DNA of 64,000 bases from Tamlana algarum. GTDB taxonomy: Bacteria > Bacteroidota > Bacteroidia > Flavobacteriales > Flavobacteriaceae. The translations under genes and the position numbers were made by a program. How positions within the stretch are numbered: position 1 is the stretch's first letter; each line of letters begins with the position of its first letter. The notes under the pieces are model-generated. The model was not told where the DNA came from, ran no database searches, and saw only the letters and a program-made list of their open reading frames with translations. Where the stretch lies: NCBI GenBank assembly GCA_947495775.1, contig CANMAQ010000010.1, positions 22,693 to 86,692 on the forward strand. The letters run 5' to 3'. Shown piece by piece: positions 19,856 through 29,102 of this stretch.

Positions 19856-21646
19856 CTACTTCCCCCTTTCATTTAACATTTCTAGATATTTAAAAACAAA
19901 AGGCGTTTTAATTTTTTGACGCACGACTTCTAGTCGCGCTTTCGAATACACATAAAATGCTAACATATATTCGCTTACGCTTTGAGATATCATGAGATCG
20001 AAAACTAACCCCTCAGAAACGCCATAATGTGCTTTAAAACCATCTATTCCTGCATCGCGTTCTCGACTCGCCTTTATTTTAGGTATTTCATTTTTATACC
20101 TCTTATAAAATTCTTTTTCAAACCCTCCACAAATTTGTTTGAATACGTTTACTGCTGTAGTTGCTTCGCCTTCGTGTCGATAGTTAAGGCTCTTTATAAA
20201 ATTTTGTTCTTCTAGACTAATACTATCACGTGCTTTTAAATACCTAGCTACACTGGCTGAAATACTTTTATTCTTTATAAAATCCCCCAATGTTTCACCG
20301 TAATATTTTAAATAGTTCTCGCGATGTTCGTTAATAATTTGGGCTTGTGCTTCTACTATAGAAAGCGGCAATCTCTCATTTAATCTACCAATTTTTCTAT
20401 AGACTTCTAATAAATACACCTCTTGGTCTGTTAACGTATACCCTATTTCCTGTAAAGCATTACCTATTTCTGGGAGGTCTAATCTAGCCCCCTTTTTTCT
20501 AAATAAACGTTTTTTATGTCCTAATCGATCTATAAAATCATAATAATTTTTAGACAAAACAGCTACTTCCTTTTTTAAATGGGTTTCATTTATAAAATTA
20601 TAATAGCCTTTTTTTACCCTAACCTTTTTATAAGGTTTTTTGCTTTCCCCATTCTTTATTTTTTTGTTTTCTCTCACTAGTGTAAATCTATATCTTTGAT
20701 ATTCTAAAATATTACAAAGTGTTTTATAGTCTATATCTAAGGTTTTAATTTGAAAAGCTTTAGCACATATAGCATATTTATTTTTAATCGCTTTTAATTG
20801 TTGTTTTGCTGCATCTCGTTTATCAAAACACAATTTCTTATAGACTTTTGGAGACATTGTACCTATTCGCTCTATAACGTTGTGCATTTGAAGTACGTCA
20901 TCTAAATCTACCAAATTTAAATCTGAATTTATTTGCGCACAATCCCCCATAAAATAAGACGCTTTATCTTGAACAACATGAAACGTTTCTTTATCTGGAA
21001 TCACAAAAACATGCATTTGATAATGCGGTAATTTAATCTTTACTTGTTGTGGGTGTGTCACAGGAAATACTGTAGAAAAATATCCGTTTGGTGTTATTTC
21101 TGCCTTATACGTTTCTTCTACACCAGTAATTATGTTATTCACTAAAACAATAATGCCTTCATTCGTTTTTCCCTGCGTTTCATAGTCTACAATTACACCC
21201 GAATACATCACCATTCCACTTTTAAACAATGTGCCTTTATAGGGTATATCGTTTTTCTCTTTATATCTTGAATTTGCTTTAGGCTTAAGACTGTACATTT
21301 TTAAATTGTTTGGTGTATCACCAATGTATGCCTTTTTATTTCTTTTTAATTCTGCATAAATATGTTTTTCTTCGTTATTGTTTTGTAAAGTAATTTTTAT
21401 ACGTTTCCCATTGACATCTACTGACTTATAATCCCATATTTTGCGACTAAAAACGGCCTTTTTAGTATAAAAACCATAATAAAATTGACGACTGCCATCT
21501 GCTAAAAGCCAACTTCCTATTAATTCGTCTGGCAATTGCACTACCGCATCTTGAATTTTAGATATACTTTGCGATATAACTAATGTCTTAACAAACAGCA
21601 AAGCCATTAACAATAGGCTCTGTTTACTTTTTTTTACTGTTATCAT
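19856..21646 (-). CDS. secreted protein, Y + Z + helical domains; thioredoxin-less paralogue of the upstream TlpA-like protein
   Basis: ATG at 21646 preferred (the ORF track starts at TTG 21670). Signal-like N-terminus, LPDELIGSW domain, middle region aligns with 21679..23841. Confidence 0.8.
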   Translation of the reverse strand: MITVKKSKQSLLLMALLFVKTLVISQSISKIQDAVVQLPDELIGSWLLADGSRQFYYGFYTKKAVFSRKIWDYKSVDVNGKRIKITLQNNNEEKHIYAELKRNKKAYIGDTPNNLKMYSLKPKANSRYKEKNDIPYKGTLFKSGMVMYSGVIVDYETQGKTNEGIIVLVNNIITGVEETYKAEITPNGYFSTVFPVTHPQQVKIKLPHYQMHVFVIPDKETFHVVQDKASYFMGDCAQINSDLNLVDLDDVLQMHNVIERIGTMSPKVYKKLCFDKRDAAKQQLKAIKNKYAICAKAFQIKTLDIDYKTLCNILEYQRYRFTLVRENKKIKNGESKKPYKKVRVKKGYYNFINETHLKKEVAVLSKNYYDFIDRLGHKKRLFRKKGARLDLPEIGNALQEIGYTLTDQEVYLLEVYRKIGRLNERLPLSIVEAQAQIINEHRENYLKYYGETLGDFIKNKSISASVARYLKARDSISLEEQNFIKSLNYRHEGEATTAVNVFKQICGGFEKEFYKRYKNEIPKIKASRERDAGIDGFKAHYGVSEGLVFDLMISQSVSEYMLAFYVYSKARLEVVRQKIKTPFVFKYLEMLNERGK

Positions 21647-21678
21647 AATTAAATTAAAAAGCGTAAACAATTATCGAT

Positions 21679-23841
21679 CTATTTATAGGTTTCTAAAATA
21701 GTGTCGAGTTGCTCATTAAAACGATACATAGAAAAATTGGTATTCACTACATTACCGTTTTTATCTACCAAAATATAACGCGGTATCCCATTGAATTCAA
21801 ACAATTGTCGTAAATAATTAAATTCATCTTCAGACAAACGTGTTGTATTTTTTAAGTCTTGATCTGCTATAAAAGCATTATATTTTTTTTCGGGAGATGA
21901 CTCGCCTGTTATAAAAACAAAATCAAAATCGTTTTGATTAGCATATTTCTTACGCGTCTCTTCCATATTCTTAATTCCAAAAACACAAGGCCCACACCAA
22001 GTCGCCCAGAAATCTACAAACACTATTTTACCTTTATGAGGCGCTATTATCTTTTCAAAGATAGATTTACCCTTACCTTCTGGTAAATCATGTACAGTAG
22101 GTTCTATTTTCGCAGTATGACGCGCTTTACCATCTATTCCTGTTTTAGACATTTGCGGTATATTAGGGTACATTTTAGCCACAAAACGCGCACCTTCTTC
22201 CTTTAAAAAAGGGTGTTTTATCTGCGCACTTAAAGCCTCCCAATAGGTCTTGGCGTTTTCCGCATTATTAATTTGTTTTAAATCGTAATCTAGCGCTCTA
22301 ATTTTTGTAACATCGTAAACTAAACCTTTAGCTTTATGAAACGTATTAACAAGTACGGAGTCTCTTAAACGCCATTTCTCAAGCAAAAAATTACCCGCAC
22401 CATCTTCACGTAAAGGCGTCACGTATTTTGCAACGTAGTCTACATGTGCTTTCTTGTAAATAGCACTAAATTTATCGAAATGCGCATAATATTCTTTTGT
22501 CGATACGATTTTCTTACTGCTACGGCTGGCTTGATGCGCTTTATCTGCCGCTGTTATCGTAATACCTTCTTCTTCAAGATAGGTTTCAAATGTTGTTTTG
22601 GACCGTATAATATCACGTTTAGGTGAAACAATTAGAGGATTAGAAAATTCTAAACGGTTAATAAATTTTGAAAAATCTTCTAATACCAAAAGACTTTTAG
22701 CATTAAAATCAATATTCTGTAAAAAATCATAATACGATGCATCTGCTGTAGTCTTTAACACTAAATTAGTGCTATCCTTTTCTAGAGCCCTACTTCTTCT
22801 CTTTTCAAAATCTATCAAGTTACTTGCATTTGCCATTTCATTTTTATGCCGCAACAAAATCGCAGATTTAGAATTTGGTTTTATATTATGCGCCTTTAAA
22901 TAAGCCTCTATTTTTGCCTCATTGCGTTTATAAATTGCAAGTTGACGCTTTTTAAATATTTTTGGTTTTAATGTTGTTATGTGTTTTTTAAAGTTACGGC
23001 CAGACATTCGTATCAATCGAAATGCAGATAATTCTTTAGCTGTTTCTGCTAAAGCCCCTAAATAGTAATTTTTAGCACCAACTATAACTGCAAGAGTTTG
23101 TTCGGGTTCTAAGTACACTGAACACCTTTTTATCTTACCAAATTTTAATGAAAAAGAAGAGGGATGCGACAGTGGCACATCAATTTCAAAACGTCCATTT
23201 TCAGCAACGGGCACCACAATAGGGTATTGTTCTCTTGTAACCTTATTTTTAGCATATATTATACCTGTTTTAAATCCTAATCGAGAAGAATACCCTTTTA
23301 TATATCCCACTAATCGCCCTTTGTTTTTATTAAAAAAAGCATCTGTTGTGTAATCTTTTAAAGGCGCTTTGGTAGGCGTTGACACCTCTTTATCTAACCA
23401 AGTCTTCACAGCTTTTGGAACAGCTTTATCCTTTTCTCCTAAAAAAGCAGCATATATAAACCAACTTTTCTTTGTTTTACCCGAAATAAAATCAATCCAT
23501 TTTGTTTCAGGTTTTAACTTAGGAAATTGTAATGTATACGAAAGCACTCCTGTGCTGGGCATTGTATTTTTTGCCCCTAAACGAATGCCCTCTGCCTTAA
23601 TAACCTTTAATTCTATTTGAGTCGCAACATCTACGATGTAAGCATTTTGATGCTCTGGAAGTGTTTCCCCTGGCTTTCCTTTAAGCTTAAAATACACCAA
23701 CGTACTTTGCGCTAAAACTTCCACTTTAACAATATCTCCAGGATAATTATTAATTCCTAAATCTGGACGCTCTATTATTTTTTGGCTATATACTAGGCTG
23801 CAGTACAAACTTAATAGTAGCATGAGGTATTTAACATTCAC
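21679..23841 (-). CDS. large TlpA-family thiol-disulfide oxidoreductase (X + Z + helical + thioredoxin domains)
   Basis: GTG start, signal peptide (LVYS|Q), C-terminal GKIVFVDFWATWCGPC and GIPRYILVDKNG. Confidence 0.88.
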   Translation of the reverse strand: MNVKYLMLLLSLYCSLVYSQKIIERPDLGINNYPGDIVKVEVLAQSTLVYFKLKGKPGETLPEHQNAYIVDVATQIELKVIKAEGIRLGAKNTMPSTGVLSYTLQFPKLKPETKWIDFISGKTKKSWFIYAAFLGEKDKAVPKAVKTWLDKEVSTPTKAPLKDYTTDAFFNKNKGRLVGYIKGYSSRLGFKTGIIYAKNKVTREQYPIVVPVAENGRFEIDVPLSHPSSFSLKFGKIKRCSVYLEPEQTLAVIVGAKNYYLGALAETAKELSAFRLIRMSGRNFKKHITTLKPKIFKKRQLAIYKRNEAKIEAYLKAHNIKPNSKSAILLRHKNEMANASNLIDFEKRRSRALEKDSTNLVLKTTADASYYDFLQNIDFNAKSLLVLEDFSKFINRLEFSNPLIVSPKRDIIRSKTTFETYLEEEGITITAADKAHQASRSSKKIVSTKEYYAHFDKFSAIYKKAHVDYVAKYVTPLREDGAGNFLLEKWRLRDSVLVNTFHKAKGLVYDVTKIRALDYDLKQINNAENAKTYWEALSAQIKHPFLKEEGARFVAKMYPNIPQMSKTGIDGKARHTAKIEPTVHDLPEGKGKSIFEKIIAPHKGKIVFVDFWATWCGPCVFGIKNMEETRKKYANQNDFDFVFITGESSPEKKYNAFIADQDLKNTTRLSEDEFNYLRQLFEFNGIPRYILVDKNGNVVNTNFSMYRFNEQLDTILETYK

Positions 23842-23855
23842 AATCGATATGGGTT

Positions 23856-24068
23856 TTAAATTACATTTTCAGGAGCAGTCTTTACGTATTCTAAACTATG
23901 CAAAAAACATTTATTTTCAACTTGTTTTCTTGAAAGTAATTTATATTTCGCACTACTGCTTGCTTCAATATTTATAGGCTCTACTGCAATATTTTTTGCT
24001 TTAGGAGCGCATCTACTAGATAAACACAGCAATAATAAGATTACAAATTTCATTAAAGTTGACATCAT
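23856..24068 (-). CDS. small putative lipoprotein (70 aa)
   Basis: MKFVILLLLCLSSRC signal-like N-terminus; lies 15 nt before the TlpA-like gene. Confidence 0.5.
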   Translation of the reverse strand: MMSTLMKFVILLLLCLSSRCAPKAKNIAVEPINIEASSSAKYKLLSRKQVENKCFLHSLEYVKTAPENVI

Positions 24069-24264
24069 AGGATTCCTTTCAATTTAGTTTTTTCCTAAAT
24101 TGATATTATATTTAAACATTTTAGTGTTACTGTACAGCAATCTACATGCACTACTATTTGAGTGCTATAATTGTACTAAATATAAACATCTCAATTAGTT
24201 AAATACAGCAACAATTAGTCCATTGCAGTGTTTACTTAGAATTCTATCCTATTTATCTAGAATT

Positions 24265-25017
24265 TTATTTTAAAGACACCAACAGGTTTAATGTTTGCTC
24301 TTTCCTTTGTTTAGAGACATTTACCTTACTTCCATCCTTCATTAAGATATAACCTCCATCTTTTTTAACATAGGATTTTACATAGTTTTTGTTAACTAAA
24401 TGCGATTGATGTGTTCTAATAAAAGCATGACCTGCCAACAAGTTGTCCCATTCTTTTAGTGTACGAGACACCAATATGGAGGTTTCATCTGCAAGGTAAA
24501 ACATGGTGTAATTATTCTCTCCTTTGCAGCGCACAATATCATCTACTGCCACAAAAAAAAGTTGTTCGGCTGTTGGAAGTGCTATTTTTTGAGGTGCGTT
24601 AACACTTCTTAAATTCTCAACCAACATTTTTAATTTTTCATTTTCTTTTTGACTGTATACAATGTCGGTTACCTTTGCTACGGCACTGGTTAATTCATCG
24701 ATAGCAATAGGCTTCATTAAATAATCTAAAGCACATGATTTGATCGCTTTTAAAACATATTTGCTATAGGCCGTGACAAATATAATTTGAAAATCAACTT
24801 TATCTAAACTTTCTAGCATAGCAAACCCATTCATCTTAGGCATTTCAATATCTAAAAAAACAAGATCTGGAGCTTCACTTAGAATTAGAGTTTTTCCTTC
24901 TTTAGCCGATGCTCCCATACCAACAACTGTAATATTAGGACAATTCAAAATCAATAAACGCTTAAGATTTTCTAAATTATGAGGTTCGTCGTCTATTATA
25001 ACACATTTAATTTGCAT
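24265..25017 (-). CDS. LytTR-family response regulator
   Basis: IIDDE, VFLDIEMP, FVTAY, DYLMKP, C-terminal FIRTHQSHLVN. Confidence 0.95.
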   Translation of the reverse strand: MQIKCVIIDDEPHNLENLKRLLILNCPNITVVGMGASAKEGKTLILSEAPDLVFLDIEMPKMNGFAMLESLDKVDFQIIFVTAYSKYVLKAIKSCALDYLMKPIAIDELTSAVAKVTDIVYSQKENEKLKMLVENLRSVNAPQKIALPTAEQLFFVAVDDIVRCKGENNYTMFYLADETSILVSRTLKEWDNLLAGHAFIRTHQSHLVNKNYVKSYVKKDGGYILMKDGSKVNVSKQRKEQTLNLLVSLK

Positions 25018-25040
25018 ACTAAATCTTTAATTTACGTTTA

Positions 25041-26384
25041 CTAATATTTTAAAGGCAACCTTATCTCAACTCTTGTTCCTGTTAACTTACTATCTTTTGC
25101 AGAAAGGTCTACAATTTTAATTTCTACATCTGTTTTATAGCTATCCTTGATAAGTTGTATTCTATCCTCAGCTAATTTAAGTCCATAAGGCGCCCTATCT
25201 ATTCCTAAATTCTTTTTCTCCTTCAGTGTTGCGTTTATACCTATACCATTATCTTCAATGATAGACAACAGGCTGCCTTTTACTATTTCAAACTTCAAAA
25301 TCAAATGTTTTTCTCCTTCCGTTTCTTTTAGTCCATGAATAATGGCATTCTCAACATAAGGTTGAATTAACATTGCAGGAATTTCTGTTTGATATATATC
25401 TACATTAGTATCTACTTTAATACAGTAATTAAAAAAAAACCGCAATTTCTCCAACTCTAGATACTTTTGTATAGACTCCAACTCATCCTCCAGAGGCACT
25501 ACTCCTTTTTCCGACTTGTCTAATGTTAACCGCATTAACTGTGCAAATTGAGTTAAATAGTGATTGGCCTTTTCTGTATCATTTTTATTTATAAGATTTT
25601 GAATCGCACTTAAGGCATTAAATAAGAAATGAGGATTCATTTGAGAACGTATACTTTTCAACTCCATCTCAACCAATACACGTTTGGTCATTTCCTTTTT
25701 CTTTGTGATTCCTATTTTCATTCTAAAAACATAATAGGTTATAAGCATAACCAATAAAATAAACAATAGTATACTATGTGTTTTGTATTTTTCAAAAAAT
25801 GAAGCTTTTTTAAAAATTTTTATTTCTGAAAAGTTTGTATTTAAATAATGGCCTCTTTTATTCAAAAAATTATGAATCAAACTATATACTCCGTTATGGT
25901 AAGCTATAATTTTATAATTAACTTCATTAGCAGAAAACACATTATCTATTCGATAAAACGTATCTAAAAATAGAATCCCTTCTTCTTTTAATATTATCTT
26001 TTGCGTCTTTAAATACCATTCATCTATTATAAATTCAGGCAATCTATTTTGCTTTACAAACTTTAATTTGGTGAGTACTTTTATATTATCACCTGTATCT
26101 AAATACAATTTTGATGTACTTATTTTTTCTGTATTAAGATATTTAATACCATATTTATAAACACATGTAAAGTATGTTTTCTTTCGTTCTGTTACAATAT
26201 CATTATAAGAATAGAGCTGATCTTCTATAACTATGTAATCTCGTGAAATGATAAGTACAATGTCCTCTTTATCATCAACCCATGCCCCAATAATATGATC
26301 TGGCAAATCAGATGGAACTCTACTTCTTGCTTGTCCTAAGCCTACATATGGCACTAAAATAAAAAAGAATATAAGTAGTCGCAT
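25041..26384 (-). CDS. LytS/YehU-type sensor histidine kinase with a tandem-Y periplasmic region
   Basis: Signal peptide, TM (HSILLFILLVMLITYYVF), RSQMNPHFLFNAL, IQPYVENAIIHG, IEDNGIG. Confidence 0.93.
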   Translation of the reverse strand: MRLLIFFFILVPYVGLGQARSRVPSDLPDHIIGAWVDDKEDIVLIISRDYIVIEDQLYSYNDIVTERKKTYFTCVYKYGIKYLNTEKISTSKLYLDTGDNIKVLTKLKFVKQNRLPEFIIDEWYLKTQKIILKEEGILFLDTFYRIDNVFSANEVNYKIIAYHNGVYSLIHNFLNKRGHYLNTNFSEIKIFKKASFFEKYKTHSILLFILLVMLITYYVFRMKIGITKKKEMTKRVLVEMELKSIRSQMNPHFLFNALSAIQNLINKNDTEKANHYLTQFAQLMRLTLDKSEKGVVPLEDELESIQKYLELEKLRFFFNYCIKVDTNVDIYQTEIPAMLIQPYVENAIIHGLKETEGEKHLILKFEIVKGSLLSIIEDNGIGINATLKEKKNLGIDRAPYGLKLAEDRIQLIKDSYKTDVEIKIVDLSAKDSKLTGTRVEIRLPLKY

Positions 26385-26401
26385 TCGTTTCTAAAGTCTA
26401 T

Positions 26402-27505
26402 TTAGTTTGTAGTGTTCACTTTTTTATAAACAGTATCCTTTCTTCCTCTAGGATACAATTCGTAATTCCCATTTACTTGCCTAACATAAAACAGTTTATA
26501 AGTTCCTTTATGATACAGAACAAACGAAATTAAAGTTCCACCTTCTGAAGTGCTAATATAGTCTATGTGATGTTTCTCTATGCGTTCTGCTTTTTCATGA
26601 TCTTCGTCTGACATCAAAAAAGAATCCTCGGTCACCCTTATCTGTTTTAATTCTTCACCGTGTAACCATGTTCCTTGAAGTCGTCCAGGCACTTTTTGTA
26701 AATGAACACCTTTTTTTAAAGTCTCCATTCGATTTGTTCTAAGCGTCATGACATCGCCTTTTAAACTTAAAATCTCTATAACATTGAATGATGTTTCTAT
26801 TTGGTATTTTAAGACCCCTGTTTCCTGAATATTGAGATAGTATTGCACTCTTGAATTAAGTACAACATAATCTGGTGTAGCTATAAATAATAATGTTCCA
26901 AATTTATCATACCAGCTCCCGAAAAGCTGCTCTGGCAAATCTTTAGGTAACAGCGTCGTCTTTGAATTTATCAATAATGCCGATTCGTTATGGTTCTCTT
27001 TATTTTTATAGCGAATAATCGATTTCCTATAGTTTCGTACGCTATTCTCTATTTTGGAATTATCATAACGCTTCAAAAAATCTCTACCATTTTTAGTAAG
27101 ATTAAGCTTGTATATATACCAATTACCACCTGGATTAGACTCTCCATAATTTATCCTTCTCACCTCTTTTTTCAAAGGTGGAAAACACAAACGATACCTT
27201 AGTTCATCTGTATCTGGAATAACCGTTCTTACTCCAACATCAAGTTCTTCTGCTTTTACGACATAAATCTTAGACCCCTTTCCTGAAGCATCTTCTATAT
27301 AGGTTTCTTTAGGGATCGTAATATAATTCCCCCTTGGAAGCTTAACTAAAAAATGTAAAATGGTTGCACTAGAATTCACTTCTATTTTAGTTACAATAGC
27401 ACTAAAATTTTTTGAAACATAATCCGGATTGTAAACCACTTTTTGTGCAAAACTAATTTGAATAACACATAAAGTAACCCATAGAGCTACACCTATTTTA
27501 ATCAT
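26402..27505 (-). CDS. secreted protein, X + Y + Y domains
   Basis: Signal peptide (QISFA|Q). The N-domain aligns with the TlpA-like N-domain; two LP..L.G.W repeats align with the kinase sensor region. Confidence 0.85.
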   Translation of the reverse strand: MIKIGVALWVTLCVIQISFAQKVVYNPDYVSKNFSAIVTKIEVNSSATILHFLVKLPRGNYITIPKETYIEDASGKGSKIYVVKAEELDVGVRTVIPDTDELRYRLCFPPLKKEVRRINYGESNPGGNWYIYKLNLTKNGRDFLKRYDNSKIENSVRNYRKSIIRYKNKENHNESALLINSKTTLLPKDLPEQLFGSWYDKFGTLLFIATPDYVVLNSRVQYYLNIQETGVLKYQIETSFNVIEILSLKGDVMTLRTNRMETLKKGVHLQKVPGRLQGTWLHGEELKQIRVTEDSFLMSDEDHEKAERIEKHHIDYISTSEGGTLISFVLYHKGTYKLFYVRQVNGNYELYPRGRKDTVYKKVNTTN

Positions 27506-27617
27506 AAAGACTGTAATTGAATAACAAATATAATCGCTAAATCAATAACACATCCATTCAATTAGAATTCTAACACTATAAATGAGTAAAACACAACTTT
27601 TAAAGAGCGCTATTTAA

Positions 27618-28922
27618 CTACTTCTTACGCATATACACACTAATAGGCACACCTTTAAAGCCAAAATTTTCGCGAAGTTTATTTTCTAAATAACGCTTAT
27701 ACGGATCTTTTACGTACTGCGGTAAATTACAAAAAAATGCAAATTGCGGTTGCGGTGTGGGCAATTGCATGATATATTTAATCTTAACAAATTTTCCTTT
27801 ATATGCTGGCGGTGGATAATGTTCGATGATAGGTTGAAAGATATCATTCAACTGACTTGTTTTTATCTTTTTAGAACGGTTTTTATAAACCTCTACGGCT
27901 GTTTCTATAGCTTTGTAGATCCGCTGTTTTGTTAATGCTGATATAAATACAATAGGGACATCTGTAAATGGCTCCATTTGTTTTCTTATCATTTTTTCGT
28001 AGGCAGCCACAGATTTATGGTCTTTTTCTACCAAATCCCATTTATTAACCAAAACAACAATACCTTTTCTATTGCGCTCTGCCAACCAAAATATATTTTG
28101 AACTTGTCCGTCGAAACCACGATTGGCATCTAATACTAATAAACAAACATCACTATGTTCGATAGCACGAACACTTCGCATTACCGAATAGAATTCTAAA
28201 TCTTCTTTAACTTTAGATTTTTTTCGGATCCCAGCGGTGTCTACTAAATTAAATTCAAAACCAAAACGGTTGTATTTCGTATCTATAGCATCTCTAGTCG
28301 TTCCTGCAATGTCTGTTACGATATAACGATCTTCTCCTATCAATGCATTTATAAATGAAGACTTACCCGCATTAGGGCGTCCTACTACAGCAAAACGTGG
28401 CAGGTCTTCTTCTATAACGTCTTCGTATTCTGGTAATGCTTCTACAATCGCATCTAAAAGCTCTCCTGTACCACTTCCATTAATACTTGCGACTGTAAAA
28501 TACGCTCCAAGTCCAAGTGCATAAAACTCTACAGCATCTTCGGCACGTTTTCCATTGTCTACTTTATTTACAACTAAGAATACAGGTTTCGTTACTTTTC
28601 TAAGTAACTTTGCCACTTCCTCATCCATTCCTGTCACACCAGACTCTACGTCTACCATAAAAATAATAGCATCGGCCTCGTCTATAGCCAGCTCGACTTG
28701 CTTATCAATTTCGGCTTCAAAAACATCATCACTACCAACAACATAGCCTCCTGTATCAATTAAAGAAAACTCTTTACCGTTCCAATCGGTTTTTCCATAA
28801 TGACGGTCTCTTGTAACACCACTAACGGCGTCTACAATAGCTTCTCGCTTCTGTATTAATCGATTAAAAAATGTAGATTTACCTACATTTGGTCTTCCTA
28901 CTATGGCTACTATATTACTCAT
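27618..28922 (-). CDS. der: ribosome biogenesis GTPase Der (EngA)
   Basis: Start re-called at ATG 28922 ([16 protein letters not shown]); second G domain GRPNAGKS; KH-like C-terminus. Confidence 0.97.
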   Translation of the reverse strand: MSNIVAIVGRPNVGKSTFFNRLIQKREAIVDAVSGVTRDRHYGKTDWNGKEFSLIDTGGYVVGSDDVFEAEIDKQVELAIDEADAIIFMVDVESGVTGMDEEVAKLLRKVTKPVFLVVNKVDNGKRAEDAVEFYALGLGAYFTVASINGSGTGELLDAIVEALPEYEDVIEEDLPRFAVVGRPNAGKSSFINALIGEDRYIVTDIAGTTRDAIDTKYNRFGFEFNLVDTAGIRKKSKVKEDLEFYSVMRSVRAIEHSDVCLLVLDANRGFDGQVQNIFWLAERNRKGIVVLVNKWDLVEKDHKSVAAYEKMIRKQMEPFTDVPIVFISALTKQRIYKAIETAVEVYKNRSKKIKTSQLNDIFQPIIEHYPPPAYKGKFVKIKYIMQLPTPQPQFAFFCNLPQYVKDPYKRYLENKLRENFGFKGVPISVYMRKK

Positions 28923-28939
28923 AAGCTGTAAATTGAGTG

Positions 28940-28947
28940 CAAAGGTA
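28940..28947 (-). promoter_or_regulatory. -7 box TACCTTTG for der
   Basis: CAAAGGTA on the + strand, 18 nt upstream of the re-called start. Confidence 0.6.
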
Positions 28948-29052
28948 GCATATAATACCAATTTCGCCTCTATCGCTTCTAAAATAATGCAGATTCTTAT
29001 CGTGTCGTTGTATGAACCCTCTCTATACAGTATAAAAAACGGAGCAAAACAA

Positions 29053-29080
29053 AAACGCCAAGGCAAATCCCCTGGCGTTT
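29053..29080 (-). terminator. terminator after the choice-of-anchor I gene
   Basis: AAACGCCA...TGGCGTTT stem with a T-run on the minus strand. Confidence 0.6.
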
Positions 29081-29102
29081 AGGTTATAAATTATTTAAAC
29101 GT

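Noticed and set aside
19823-19858. Stop-codon readthrough or frameshift restoring a thioredoxin domain to F
   Set aside because: Another in-frame TAG follows three codons later, and only 33 nt separate F from the convergent TPM gene.
25430-25440. Poly-A/T runs in coding regions as phase-variation tracts
   Set aside because: Runs of 8-9 nt are common at this AT content and the frames are intact.
28923-29066. Extended N-termini in the ORF track for der (29066), DUF4230 (11986), Kelch (35508) and HTCS (37977)
   Set aside because: Downstream ATGs give canonical N-termini or signal peptides. The extensions run through promoter boxes, terminators or the neighbouring gene.
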